This document shows, piece after piece, positions 39,301 to 50,790 of a DNA stretch of 64,000 bases. Made by a program: the position numbers and the translations under genes. The notes beneath the pieces were generated by a model. The model saw only the letters and a list, made by a program, of their open reading frames with translations. It did no database searches and was not told the DNA's origin. The stretch is from Chiloscyllium plagiosum (taxonomy: Eukaryota): positions 61,341,551 through 61,405,550 of the forward strand of contig NC_057719.1 of assembly GCF_004010195.1 (NCBI RefSeq), in the 5' to 3' direction. Numbering within the stretch: position 1 is the first letter of the stretch; each line of letters starts with the position of its first letter.

Positions 39301-40620
39301 CTACTGGTTCCCCTCTAGCCACTCTAGTTGATGCTTCCTCAAAAAACTTGAATAAATTAGTCAAACATAATTTTCCTTTTATAAAACTGAGCTGGTTCTG
39401 CTTGATTAGATTATATCTTTTTTAGTCCTCCTGTGCTGGATTCTGAATTTATCCCAGTCTTTAGGGCTGTCACTGACTTTGGCCTCCTTTTTTGCTTCTT
39501 TCTTTCACATCATACTCTCCTTAAAATCCTTGGTTAGCCATGGTTGGTTCTTCCCTCTCTTAGAACCTTTTCTCCCGACTGGGATGTATTTTTGCTGAGA
39601 GTCAGGAATTACTTCCTTAAATGTCTGCCACTGCTTGCTTACTGTCACCCTTTCTAATCTATTGATCCAATTCACTTTAGCTAACTCTATCCTCTTTTCA
39701 TTGTAATTCCTTTATTTAAGTTAGAACTTTATATTAATTTCTGTCATGTTATGATAACTACTTCCTGGAGGATCTTTTACTCAGAGGTCATTCATTAAAT
39801 CTAACTCATTACCCATTACCAGGACCAAGGTAGCCTGCTCCCCGATTGGCTCCGTGACACATTGTTTTAGGAAACTAACCCTACTGCACTTTATGAGTCT
39901 GTTCGTCATAGCTACGATTTCCAATTTGATTAATCCAATCAATATGAAGATTAAACTCACCCATAATTATTGCTCTTTTTAAAAATATGCTCTTAATATT
40001 TTTGATTTATAGCCTTTCCCACAGAGTGGCTACTGTTTGAGGGTCTGTACACAACTCTTACCAATGTCTTCTTTCCCTTGCTGTTTTTTTTACCTTTGCT
40101 CAAATTAATTTTTAAAATTTATTTTGAATGCATCATAATGTTTAAGTCTGTTCTTATGATTGAACTTCCCAACTTCTTAGTCCAATAAGGCATTCACACA
40201 CGCTGTCCCTTCCTTTGTTTTTGGTCAAATCAGCACATCACTAACCTGCAATCCTACCTTCTCCTTTACCTTTCATTTTATAATATTCCATGCAATGGAA
40301 GCGCACCCACCCGACTATTTAGTTTAAATCCCTATCTACAACTCTAGTTATGCAATATGCTCGGACTTTGGTTCCAGCATGATTCAGGTGGAGCTTGATC
40401 AGCTGTTCATAGCAACAGCTCCCTTTTTCTCCAGTACATTTGCCAATGTCTCATTAATTCGAACCCATTTCTTACACCAATCTTTACCTCTTTAATCTTG
40501 TTGACCCTGAACCAATTAGCTCATGACTCAGATAGTAATTCAGAGATTATTACATACCTGGTTCTGTTTTTTAATATAACCCCAGCTGCTCATATTCCCT
40601 CAGCTGAATGTCTCTCCTCT
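36380..40620 (-). mobile_element. Older CR1 LINE, interrupted by a younger opposite-strand CR1 at about 37110-38885
   Basis: Reverse 3' end agaaataagaacaggaataggccatt at about 36390. RT antisense gtgtcatctgcaaattt at about 39030. gtttaaa ORF1/ORF2 junction-like motif at about 40320. Confidence 0.7.
37110..38885 (+). mobile_element. CR1 LINE RT/3' end with a triplicated 3' segment (period 461 bp)
   Basis: WKPVTSGVPQGPV...KFADDTKIGG; repeated ORFs at 37739/38200 and 37910/38371; tail ctatgactctatgact. Confidence 0.92.
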
Positions 40621-42974
40621 TTCTACCTGTATGCTGGTACTCATGAGAGATCTGATCAGAAGAGATTAAGAAAGAATGTTATCATTTGCATAAGATCAAG
40701 AGAAAGTTGGCACAAACTAAAGTGATTTGCAAAAGATGCAAATCTGGTGTGAGAAGAATTTTTTTTCATATTGTGAGTGGTTCAGATCTCAACGGATGGT
40801 GGAAGCATTCAATTAAAGCATTGAAAAAGATACCAGATGAATATTTAAATGTTTAGCATTCCTGGGAAAGGGAGGGAGAATGGCACAATGTCATGATGCT
40901 CATTTGAAAACCTGGTGCAGACACAACCTGAATGGGCTTTTCCTGCACCATAAACAATTCTGTGATTCCATGAAGAAAAACATTTTACCAGAAGTATGTA
41001 TTATCAACAGCAAACTAAGGAAGTTAAGGGTGCTGTCAACTCAAAAGAAAAGGTATACAACACTGCAAAGTTTAGTGACAGGCCAAAAGATTGAAAATAT
41101 TTTAAAAAGCAGGAAAGATTAACTGAAAGAATAGACTCGTAAGAGGAATATAAGAGAAAACTAGCAATAAAAATAAAAATAGCAAAAATGTCAATTACTA
41201 TCTAAACAAGAAAAGAGTAGCCAAATGAGCATTGGTCATTCAAAGGTGAGACTGAGCAATAATAATGGAAATCAAGGAAGCAGATGGGGATTTGAACAAA
41301 TATTTTGTTTTCATCCTCACAGTAGACAACACAAAAGGTATCCCAGGAATGGTAGAAAATCAAGAGATTAAAGGGAGAAATAAACTTAATCAATCACTAT
41401 CACTACAAAAAAGTATTTGGATTTCAATTGGGACTGAGAGCTGAACAGTCCCTTGGACAGAATAGCCTGCATCCTAGGGTCTTAAATGAAGCGACCACAG
41501 AAATAACAGATGCATTGACTGTAATCTTCCAAAATTCTGGAGATTCTGGAAATGTTTTAGTAGAGTGGAAATCTTCAAATGTAACCTCTCTGTTCATGAA
41601 AGGAAGGTGACAAAACAAAACCCAAGCCAGTTAGCTTTACCACTGCCATTGGAAACATAGAGTCATAGAGATGTACAGCATGGGAACAGACCCTTTGGCA
41701 ACATGCCAGAATCCATTATTAAATTGATAGTAGCAGAACATTTAGTGGACCATAATACAGTCAGGCAGAATCAGTATGGTTTTGTGAAAGTGAAATTGTG
41801 TTTGACCAATTTATTTGAATCTTTTGCAGATGTAACTGTAGGCTAAATCAAGAGCAACCAGCAGAAGTAGTGTATTCTGATTTCCGAAAGTTATTTGACA
41901 AGGTACATGAAAAGTAACACAATATAAGCATTTATGAAATTGGGGACAATACAGTGTATAAGTATGGACAGAAAGCTAACTAATTAAGAGGAAACAGAGT
42001 TAGAACAAATAGGTTATTGTAAGGATGGCAAACAACTCATTGATAGTGTTAGAGACTCAACCATTTGCAATCTATTTTAATGACTTGGGATGAAGGAACA
42101 AACTGCTGACAATTCGAGGACAAGTAAGAAAGAATGTTATGGGATACAAAAAGTCTGCAAAAAAAGTATGGATAGTTTAAGTGAGGAAAAATAGTTGATG
42201 CATATTGTGGAAACCCTTGAGGTTGTCCATTTTGCTAGAAGACTAGAAAATCAGGTTATGATTGACATGGAGAGAAAATGTAAATTATTGGTATACAGAG
42301 GGATTTGAGTTTCCTGGTACATGAATGATAAAAGGTTGGCATGCAGATACAGTCTTTATTGAGAAAGGCAAATGGAATGTTGGCGATTTTGCAAGGGTGA
42401 TGAAGTATTAAAAATAAAGAAATCTTGCGACAACTGTACAGTGCATTGATGTGACCACATGTATAATATTGTCCATGGTTTGGATTTATTTAGTGAGGGA
42501 TATACTTTCATCGGGCATAATTCAAAGAAGGCCATGAGGCTGATTCCTGTGATGAAGAAGTTATCATAAGGGCGAAGGTTTAGTAAATTAGGCCTACACT
42601 CAGTGAAATTTAGAAGATTAAAATGTGATTTTAATGAAACATGAGATTCTAAGGGGGCTTGAAAGGGTCGATATTGAGAGAATTTCTCTCCTCATGGGGA
42701 ATCTAAAACAGAAGAGGTAGAGTTTACAATGAAATATGTAAGACATTAATGAAGAGGAACTTCTTTCAGAGGGTAATTATTGTTTGGAATTGCCTTTCCT
42801 AGTAGTCAATGAATCCTGGATCATTGAATATATTCAAGACTGAGTTACACAGATCTTGATTGACAAGCATTTCAAAGATTATAAGTGTGAGTGATGCGGC
42901 AAAGTGGAATAAAGGCCACAAATCAATCTACTCTGATGGTATTGCATGATGAAACAGGATTTAGGGTTAAATAG

Positions 42975-43592
42975 GAGAAAATGAGGACTGCAGATGCTGG
43001 AGAGCAGAGCTGAAAAATGTGTTGCTGGAAAAGCACAGTAGGTCAGGCAGCATCCAAGGAGCAGGAGAATAGGAGTGCAGATGCTGGAGATCAGAGCTGA
43101 AAAATGTGTTGCTGGAAAAGCTGGGAGGAAGAGAGCTTCTTCAAGGAAGGCATCCTTGCAAGAGGATTCGCAGTAGGTTAAAATCAACTAGGAAAAAGTG
43201 AGGAGTGCAGATGCTGGAGATCAGAGCTGAAAAATGTGTTGCTGGAAAAGCTGGAAGGAAGAGAGCTTCTTCAAGGAAGGCATCCTCATTTCCCCTCCCC
43301 CCACCTTATCTCAGTCCCAACCCTCGGACTCAGCACCGCCTTCTTGACCTACAATCTTCTTCCCGACCTCTCTGCCCCACCCCTTCTCCGGCCTATCACC
43401 CTCACCTTAACTTCCTTCCACCTTTCGCATTGCCAACGCCCCTCCCTGAAGTCCCTCCTCCCTACCTTTTATCTTAGCCTGCTTGGCACACCTTCCTCAT
43501 TCCTGAAGAAGGGCTTATGCCCGAAACGTCGATTCTCCTGCTTCTTGGATGCTGCCTGACCTGCTGCGCTTTTCCAGCAACACATTTTTCAG
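42975..43592. mobile_element. Penelope-derived insertion: three tandem antisense heads plus a sense terminal repeat carrying a hammerhead core
   Basis: 15-bp TSD tttagggttaaatag at 42960-42974 and 43593-43607. Heads gcagatgctggaga.cagagctgaaaaatgtgttgctggaaaagc at about 42990, 43077 and 43207. Confidence 0.82.
43497..43535 (+). ncRNA. Minimal hammerhead ribozyme motif (Penelope type)
   Basis: CUGAAGA (CUGANGA core), A, GGGC-UUAU-GCCC (stem II), GAAA, C-GUC cleavage triplet; short imperfect stem I. Confidence 0.6.
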
Positions 43593-45451
43593 TTTAGGGT
43601 TAAATAGCCTACTCATGCTCAAATTTTTTTATGGTCTTTGGTATGTTAATAAAATAAATATCTAAACAAATATTTCATCCAAGTTAGCTGCATCATTTAC
43701 TCACTGTAATATTCCTTATTGACATTTTAATGTAAATATGCTGAGATACAAGAAACATCTAATGGACAATTCTGTGCAAATGTTGGAGTAAAATCCATAT
43801 GTAACTGAATGCTATCCACTGAATGCTCTTTTTTTCACAGCAGTAAAGAAATATAAATGTTATTAACATGAATTAAACTCAACACTTGTTTCATGTTTAG
43901 AGTGATAACAATATTCTATACAAGATAATATGATTCAGTTCATAAGAATTTGCAAAACAAGACAAGGCAATAAGTCCATTTTGTCGAGGATTTTAACTCT
44001 TCAGGCCCAATATATATAAATAATAAAAATAATACTTTGGTCTCCAGGCTGTTGGGAAAGACATATAAAATTCTTTGCCTGTGGTAGACACAGACCAGAT
44101 ATTCCCAAAACTAGTTTGCAGCCTAACCTGCAAATCTTTTATGTGTTTATCTTTTCATCGTTTATTACAATTGATCTTATAATCAAAATTAAATTCTGTT
44201 TACAACTACTTTGCATTTTTCCATTGGCTAGTTTCTTAATATTGAGTGAATTTCTGAGTTTATCCAGGTTATTATGAATATCTTTTCCTGCAGTTATTTT
44301 GTTACAATTATTTTCAATGTTGTGGCAACGGACAACTTGTAAATTCTGGTCTTTTATCTTTTCACCTCGTCTGTTAACATATGCGGAAAGTTATCATAGT
44401 ATCCCTAAGAATTAACAATAGTCATCTCACCTGCTTTTAAAGATAATGGTGGTGAGTAGAAAAGATTTATTTCAAGTGAACTAAGTAAGTAATGAATGAG
44501 AAAGAAATAGAGGAATATGTTGAAAGGATGACATGTTGAGAAGCTTCTCGAGAGCACACAGTCATAAAGCTGTTGAGTTAATGGCCTGTTTCTGTGCTAT
44601 AAATGCAATGAGCATGATACCCCAGTTGGAATAACATTCATTTATTGATACTCCCATTTTTTACTTTTTGCATCTGTATTCCACTTTTCTACTTTACCCT
44701 AATTCTGCAAGTTAATATCTGCTCTATCAAATTTAAATTGTTTGACTAAATCTGGACAAAATATGTGAAATGAATTATCACTTATCTATTAATTTCACAC
44801 ATATTCAAAAAGTCAAATGTAACATCAATTTTATTTAAAATATTCATGGCCTGTGCCACTTTAAAGTTTTGTGAATTCTGTAATAGTAAATCATTGTGAC
44901 AAGAATTCCTGACTTATCTATTTCCAGAAGCAGTTATAAATCTGGCACTTCAGAGTATTTAGCTGAATAGATTCAGCATTAAGATCATTCTCAAAAGTTT
45001 CAAAACTCCTCTATTAACTATAGTGATATTCTCAGTCATTTATTTAATACATTTTTGCATTCAATACTTGCAGCATTACAAATTAAATAAAGTGTATTTT
45101 ATTGAATTAAGTGCAAATGGGAATGTAAAAGTGGACACTTTTTGGCAAGTACAATGCCAAAATTCCATTCAATTCAAGTTTTCTTTTTTTTCATTTTTTA
45201 TGAAGCTGCTGACAGTATATTACAGTATTTCTTGTGTATGAATCAGAGTTATTTAAAAATATATACTTAAACTTTCCTATTCCAAATGCTCAACCAATAT
45301 AAAATAAATTTAAAAATGAGTCCATTGATTTACTGTGGAGTTGTGGTTATGCCGATTACTTATTAACATATAACATATTTTTAAAAAATAAACTTAGCTC
45401 CACAGATTAACTAAACCTACCAAAATAAAAATTAATTACAATAAATACACT

Positions 45452-45457
45452 TTTATT
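45452..45457 (-). terminator. AKAP6: Candidate AKAP6 polyadenylation signal (one of several AATAAA between 44640 and 46720)
   Basis: Minus-strand AATAAA followed by U/GU-rich sequence, about 1.5 kb after the KASH stop. The site actually used cannot be determined. Confidence 0.3.
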
Positions 45458-46969
45458 GTCCTGCTGTAGATCATGGATTCTGAAAATGGTGTAAATAGAC
45501 AAGCGGCAGGTTTTGGACAAAACACTGCTTGGTCTGGAGTTTGCTTTCTGGAAGCAAGGTAAATTAGAGTGGAAACTGGGGCCACTTTAAGAAAGGGAAA
45601 GGGGATCTAAGATAGCAGACAACCAGACATGCTTTGTGGAGCTTAGTGGAACATTCTACACTTCCTGACACCACAGAGAAAAGATTTTGACCTGCCTTGA
45701 GGAGCCTTTCTTACCTCCCTCCATAAAAAATCATTAAAGTGCCTTAGAAATCTATGGCTTGATTAGCATACTAATGAGGTCTGCAACTCAGTTAGGCATC
45801 TTCACCTTCTGAAAAGACAAGCAATGAGTAAGAATCCTCCAGGAATGGGGTAGTAAGCAGAGCTACTTTAACTCTATTCTTGTATAGTTGGGTATAATTA
45901 AATTTCTCCCTTTGATTTCAATGTTAAAGCTACTGTTTATTAATATATAAATCTTTTGAATGTTCTGGTTTATTCTGAGTCATGATTTTCTTCCTCTTTA
46001 GGATGTTATAGCCTATGATTCTGTGCACTGTATTGGACAGTTGGAGATTTATGGGACAAAATGTGGCAATACTGAACTTTATATATACATATACATATAG
46101 TAAACATTTTTAACTATTATTCTGCAGGAAATGTTGCCTCCTCGAAACCCAATAATTCACTCCACTTGTCTGATAAAGATTTTTTTATTTGCCAACTTTA
46201 ATTTACCCATGCAATCTAGCAGCTTAAGGCTTAATATTTTCCACGTCACTAGACACAGTAACACAATACACAGAAGCATTGGATATCATCATACATGATT
46301 AGCATTTTCTTGTACATATGTACAGAAATTATACATAACGTAACCTTGCTACAACATTTCTTTAAGCTAACTTTTTTTTAAACTGGAAAAAGCAGCTTTT
46401 TAACAAAAGGTGTAAGAAATACAGCAAGGCACACATTGTTAAAACATTTTTTCTCTTCCCCATCATAAGAAGCTGGAATAACAAAACTCGACAATACATA
46501 CCAATAATTGTCATACACAGCACAATAAGGTTGTTTTAGGATTGCATAGATTGGATCTATGTATTTTATGGTGGTATAGGTTTAACATTACTTACTTTAA
46601 ATGTATCAATGTATGATAATCAAGACTAAACATAAATTTCAAATTAATTGTTTATAAATTTTTATGCCACTTGTCATATGTTCAAGTTAAATAGTCAAAT
46701 TATACTTGTGGCTCTTTTTATTAACTTTAGCATATTTAATGGAACATATTTTGGAAAGATGATTTTGTTTTTCTGACAAATCAGTGCTTTTTGAGATTAC
46801 TACATTCTGACATAAAATTCAAACATTACTCCAATATGCCAAAGTGTGAAATACCATTATAGGAATTAACATAAAAGTACACCTTCATACCTTTGCAATT
46901 TCTGTAGTATTCTCTTAGATATCAAAAAGTGCCTTCACCACAAGTAGAAGGACAATTATAAACTGCTGA

Positions 46970-47249
46970 TCAGAATGGAGGAGGTCCGTGGAGGTAGCTT
47001 AGGACAGGAGTCCATGAAGAAGAAAAATACCGGACTTTGCTGCAATCTGTTGGTATTACCAATAGGGGAGTAATAGCAACTGCCAAACACAGGACCAAGA
47101 GAAGCAACCAGATTACCACACCTGCTTGTAAAACTCGCATTTGAAAGGAATTTGTCTTCGATGACAGTGAGGAAGAGGATGGTTCAATTAAATTACAGGC
47201 TATTTTGGGAAAAGGTGGACAAAAATGGAGCAAGGTTACAGCCAGATTT
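46970..47249 (-). CDS. AKAP6: Terminal exon encoding a KASH domain (transmembrane helix plus luminal SUN-binding peptide); putative AKAP6 C-terminus
   Basis: FQMRVLQAGVVIWLLLLVLCLAVAITPLLVIPTDCSKVRYFSSSWTPVLSYLHGPPPF-stop. Strong acceptor TACTGAC...tttttgtctttcttcccctccag|A. The KASH identity is high confidence; the assignment to AKAP6 is inferred from position, strand and phase. Confidence 0.82.
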
Positions 47250-48141
47250 CTGGAGGGGAAGAAAGACAAAAATATATTGCAGTCAGTAGTAGTAAAGAAT
47301 GATAAATACTTCCTCGTTAATATTCTATACAATAATGCTACAACTTGCTGTCATAAAATTGTGACATAATTTATTGGAAGTACACATTTAACAATGGACA
47401 ACAACTTGAGATGTTTCTACACATGTATGTCAAATAGCAATATATACAGTGTGAGAGATTTATTTTTGCCAACCATCAAAAATCTAATGGAGTAACAATT
47501 GTAAAATCAATTGAATATCATTAAATCATTGTTGGATTTTCATAATTATTTAATAACAGCTGAATTAGAGGAGGTAAACTATCATGTGTGACCTTTCTTT
47601 TCTTGCTGCTTTTATCCTCCACTGTGATACTCAGTATGCAGACAATACCATCAGATACATATGTCAATATACAAATAACACTGATCAAAGCAAAGCCCAG
47701 TTATAATGAATACATAAAGCAGCAACCATTGGGCTCCACATGAATATAAAAACCTGAAGTCATGAAAACTATTGGTAAAGTAAGGACCCTAAAATAGAAT
47801 AGTCAAATTTCCGACAGGTATTCTTAATTTTTTTTTCCATATCTATTCTGTTTTATATATTTTGAACTTCAGGTTTTGTTTTCCTAAATCTGGCAGCATG
47901 AAAGCAATAACATCTGGCCAGCCATAAGATTTGCTTTCCACAGTGTGGAGTCAGTCTGGATCTTTAAACCATGCAGCAAAGAGCAGGAGCTTGTAATGAG
48001 GGTTATGAAGAAATGACTGTCAGTATAAAGCTCCAGAGATTAATGTAATGTGCATCCTTTCTACAACTTATAGGAGGCACTCTAGACATGCATTTATCCA
48101 CCTTCTAAATTAGGAAAAAATATCTCAATCTAGCTAGTTAC

Positions 48142-48176
48142 CTTGGCATTTGATCTTGCTTTGCTGCTACTGACCT
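48142..48176 (-). CDS. AKAP6: Candidate 35-nt AKAP6 exon (RSVAAKQDQMPR), phase 0 to phase 2
   Basis: Pyrimidine-rich acceptor ctctttcttttacttgtcatgtttctatataaatttag|, donor CAAG|GTAACT. Provides the phase change needed to enter the KASH exon. Confidence 0.55.
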
Positions 48177-48713
48177 CTAAATTTATATAGAAACATGACA
48201 AGTAAAAGAAAGAGCAGTAAGCATTGAATCCAGAAAGTAACAAGTAATAAAAGGAAGTCGTTAACAAAGATTATTGCATGCTTTTTAGTGCATGAACAAC
48301 ATTTTTGATCGAAATAAATTACATCACAAGCAATTATTTATAAAAATGAATTTGAAATAATTATAGAATTTAATACAAAGATTGTACAAAACATTCTCAG
48401 CGTGAATGTTCATGCAGAATACTTTCTGGACAGAACTTTTGATAAATTTTGTTTTGTATTATCTATCATAGCTTTGTGGATAACTACAGTGGAAAGCTAG
48501 CAGTCACATAGCAGATGCAGGTTATAGGCTATATTTCAAGCCAGATTATGGGATACGAAGCGTGTGACTGTTGAATTTTATGCTACAATCCCAAAAGCCT
48601 TCAAACTGAAATACATCAAGGCAGCTGCAGAGGAGACAAGCCCGTCAAGAAAAGTGGAACACTGGAAGGTTTCTTCAATTTTTGTGACTTTATTCTATGT
48701 TTTGCAAAATTAC

Positions 48714-48804
48714 CTATGAAAAGATCCAACAATTGATAATGTAAATTGCCTTTTTTTGTATCAGATTTTGCAAACACAGAATCGCTGAGACACTGCTTAG
48801 TTTG
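48714..48804 (-). CDS. AKAP6: Candidate 91-nt AKAP6 exon (QTKQCLSDSVFAKSDTKKGNLHYQLLDLFI), phase 0 to phase 1
   Basis: ctttttccttgcag| acceptor, TAG|GTAATT donor. In frame with a secondary KASH-exon acceptor at 47199. Confidence 0.3.
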
Positions 48805-48880
48805 CTGCAAGGAAAAAGCTGTTGCTTTCTAAGGACTGGTCTGGTGAACATAAATGAATGGAATTTTTTTTTTGACTCAC

Positions 48881-49030
48881 ATCCTATACCTTGGGTACAG
48901 TTCTTGCAGCATGAGAGTTGCTTGGAAGTTCGTTGTGGCAAGATACACCGGCTGTAGTTTTGACATCAGTGGTTCTGCTCCTTTGAGTTGTCCTCGGATC
49001 CCCTGCTGTATATTCTTGAGAGCTAGGGGT
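48881..49030 (-). CDS. AKAP6: AKAP6 exon following the large exon (TPSSQEYTAGDPRTT...AARTVPK), with two donors 9 nt apart
   Basis: ttttttttctaatttacag| acceptor, open in phase 0. Donors AAG|GTATAG (after 48890) and GAT|GTGAGT (after 48881), with an in-frame TAG at 48884-48886 between them. Confidence 0.65.
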
Positions 49031-49539
49031 CTGTAAATTAGAAAAAAAATGTTTACTTGATTTATTAGCAGTTTTTTGTGAAGTCTTATGTACATCAAAA
49101 ACATACCATGTGATTAAGCTATCCATTTCAGGAAATTTCTGTTTACACTCTCTGACAGATCCCTGAAAATTCAGACATCAGTATTTTACTGTGAATATCT
49201 ATAACTTACTTATTATTTAAAATTTAAAGTTACACTGATATCTATCACCTATGAAATTGTTCAAATTACATAAGCAGCACATTATAATGGAGAGAAAATA
49301 TACATTGTTTAAAAAGCCCTCCATAATATTTTAGAACACTGTAATACACATATCAATGTTTTATCATTTAGACTATGTATCTTTATTTATATTCCTTTAC
49401 CTGATTGCATGATGAAGTATGGAATACATATTTTAGTTAGAACCATAATATACTTTCAATTCTATTGATATTGAATAAATTGTGTTTTTTGAATCACAAC
49501 CTATGATGAGATATTCTTTTTAATTCTTTTTTTGCATAT

Positions 49540-50330
49540 GCTTTGTATTGTGTGCAAACTCAAGTCAGTACTCCAGATGACAACAACACCACCCCCGTTC
49601 GCAGGTTTGATAATAAAGTCAGGTTTAGACCTGAGAGAACAAAATGCAGCAAGTTCAGCTGGAGACAGGTTAGAGTGGATGAAGGAAGCAGGTAATGGTC
49701 ATGTTGGCAGATCTCATTAAAGAGGTTAAAGGCAGATAAGAGGCCTGAAGTAGTCATCCAAATGGAAGGAGAGTATTGCAGATGTGTCAACGAATCTGTA
49801 GAATTGGGAAAGGATACCTGCCCAAAGAAGTGAGCATGGAGGTGATGACAGATGAAGAGTTTAATGTCATATTGTGTTCAAAATTAATTGAGGTGGGGAT
49901 AGAACAGAGACTTTTGCTGAGCACAGATCACTTGGTATCAGAGCGCAAACAGTCAGAGGCTGTTGTGAAAACAATTAGAAATAGAGTTAGAAGAAGAGAA
50001 GGGATCAGAGGAAGGTTGGGTGGGTGGGAGTAAGGATCCAGAGGATTGCTGGTACCCTGCTGGTTGATGAAGAACATCTGAAAAGAAGGACAATAGCTTC
50101 TTTTTTAGGGGTCAGATCAGACAAAGAGTGAAATATAACAGGGGACTCCGACAGCTTTGAAACAGCCGATTAAGAGAGAAATCGAGTGTGTATATGTGGC
50201 AATGCATGGCACTGAGCGTGGATCTCTGGAAAATGAGAACAGCCAAACAAGGAGTGATGTTTGTGTCAAAAATAAGTCTGATCTTGGATGGATTCAAAAC
50301 ACAAATGATAGAACTTCACATTCTCTCAAA
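49540..50330 (-). mobile_element. Degraded LINE fragment (L2-like)
   Basis: Purine-rich plus strand with RT-like antisense remnants (ggcagataagagg, gggactccgacagc). Clade tentative. Confidence 0.4.
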
Positions 50331-50429
50331 TGGATGCTGCCTGACCTGCTGAATTTCTCCAGCACTTTCTGTTTTTATTTCAGATCTCCAGCACTTTGCT
50401 TTTATTTTATTCTAAAATATTGATGCTTG

Positions 50430-50790
50430 GTGACATGGTGATATTGTGGTAATATCTCTAGATTAATAATCCAGAGGTTCAGCTTAATGGTCTGAGGATA
50501 TGGGTTCAAATCCCATTCAGGCAGTTGCTGGAATTTAAATGAAATGAGTCAGCTGAATTAAAAGTTCATCTCAGTACAAGTGATCATGAAATGATCTTGA
50601 TTATTGCAAAATAAAAGTCGTCTGTCTCACTAATATTGTTTAGGAAAGGAAATCTGCCATCCCTACTTTGTCTACTGAAGATCATAGAAATGCAGTTGCA
50701 ATTTAAGTGATCTTAAGTGAAATGGCCCAGCAAACCATTCAGTTTAGGGAGAATTATGGTTGCTCAACAGTAACTTGAATATCCCATGAC
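50430..50790 (+). mobile_element. tRNA-derived SINE
   Basis: B-box-like gggttcaaatccc and body cactaat..tgtttaggaaaggaaatctgccatcc. Confidence 0.55.

Larger units (their letters stand above)
41000..43640 (+). mobile_element. Degraded CR1 LINE ORF2 to 3' end, interrupted at 42975-43592
   Basis: SLGQNSLHPRVLNEATTEITDALTVIFQNSGDSGNVLVEWKSSNVTSLFMKG, then decayed RT. Confidence 0.8.

Noticed and set aside
42975..43280. Repeat-spacer array (CRISPR-like)
   Set aside because: Eukaryotic context, spacers are themselves duplicated, no cas genes; explained by tandem Penelope terminal repeats inside a TSD.
45085..45460. Inverted pair of aataaa-gtgtat-tttattg motifs as MITE ends
   Set aside because: Short, AT-rich and imperfect with no TSD; compatible with chance or polyadenylation signals.
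46970..47332. Stand-alone 120-aa KASH micro-protein from the TTG start
   Set aside because: The first 28 or so codons are branch point and polypyrimidine tract, and there is no promoter signature. An internal ATG (MRVLQAG) exists, so a short isoform is not strictly excluded.
48877..49104. Alternative phase-2 reading of the 49030 exon (PLALKNIQQGIRGQ...ELYPRYR), which would also run in frame into KASH
   Set aside because: It needs a phase-2 upstream donor; both ends of the large exon are phase 0 and I found no such donor in the window. Kept only as a remote possibility.
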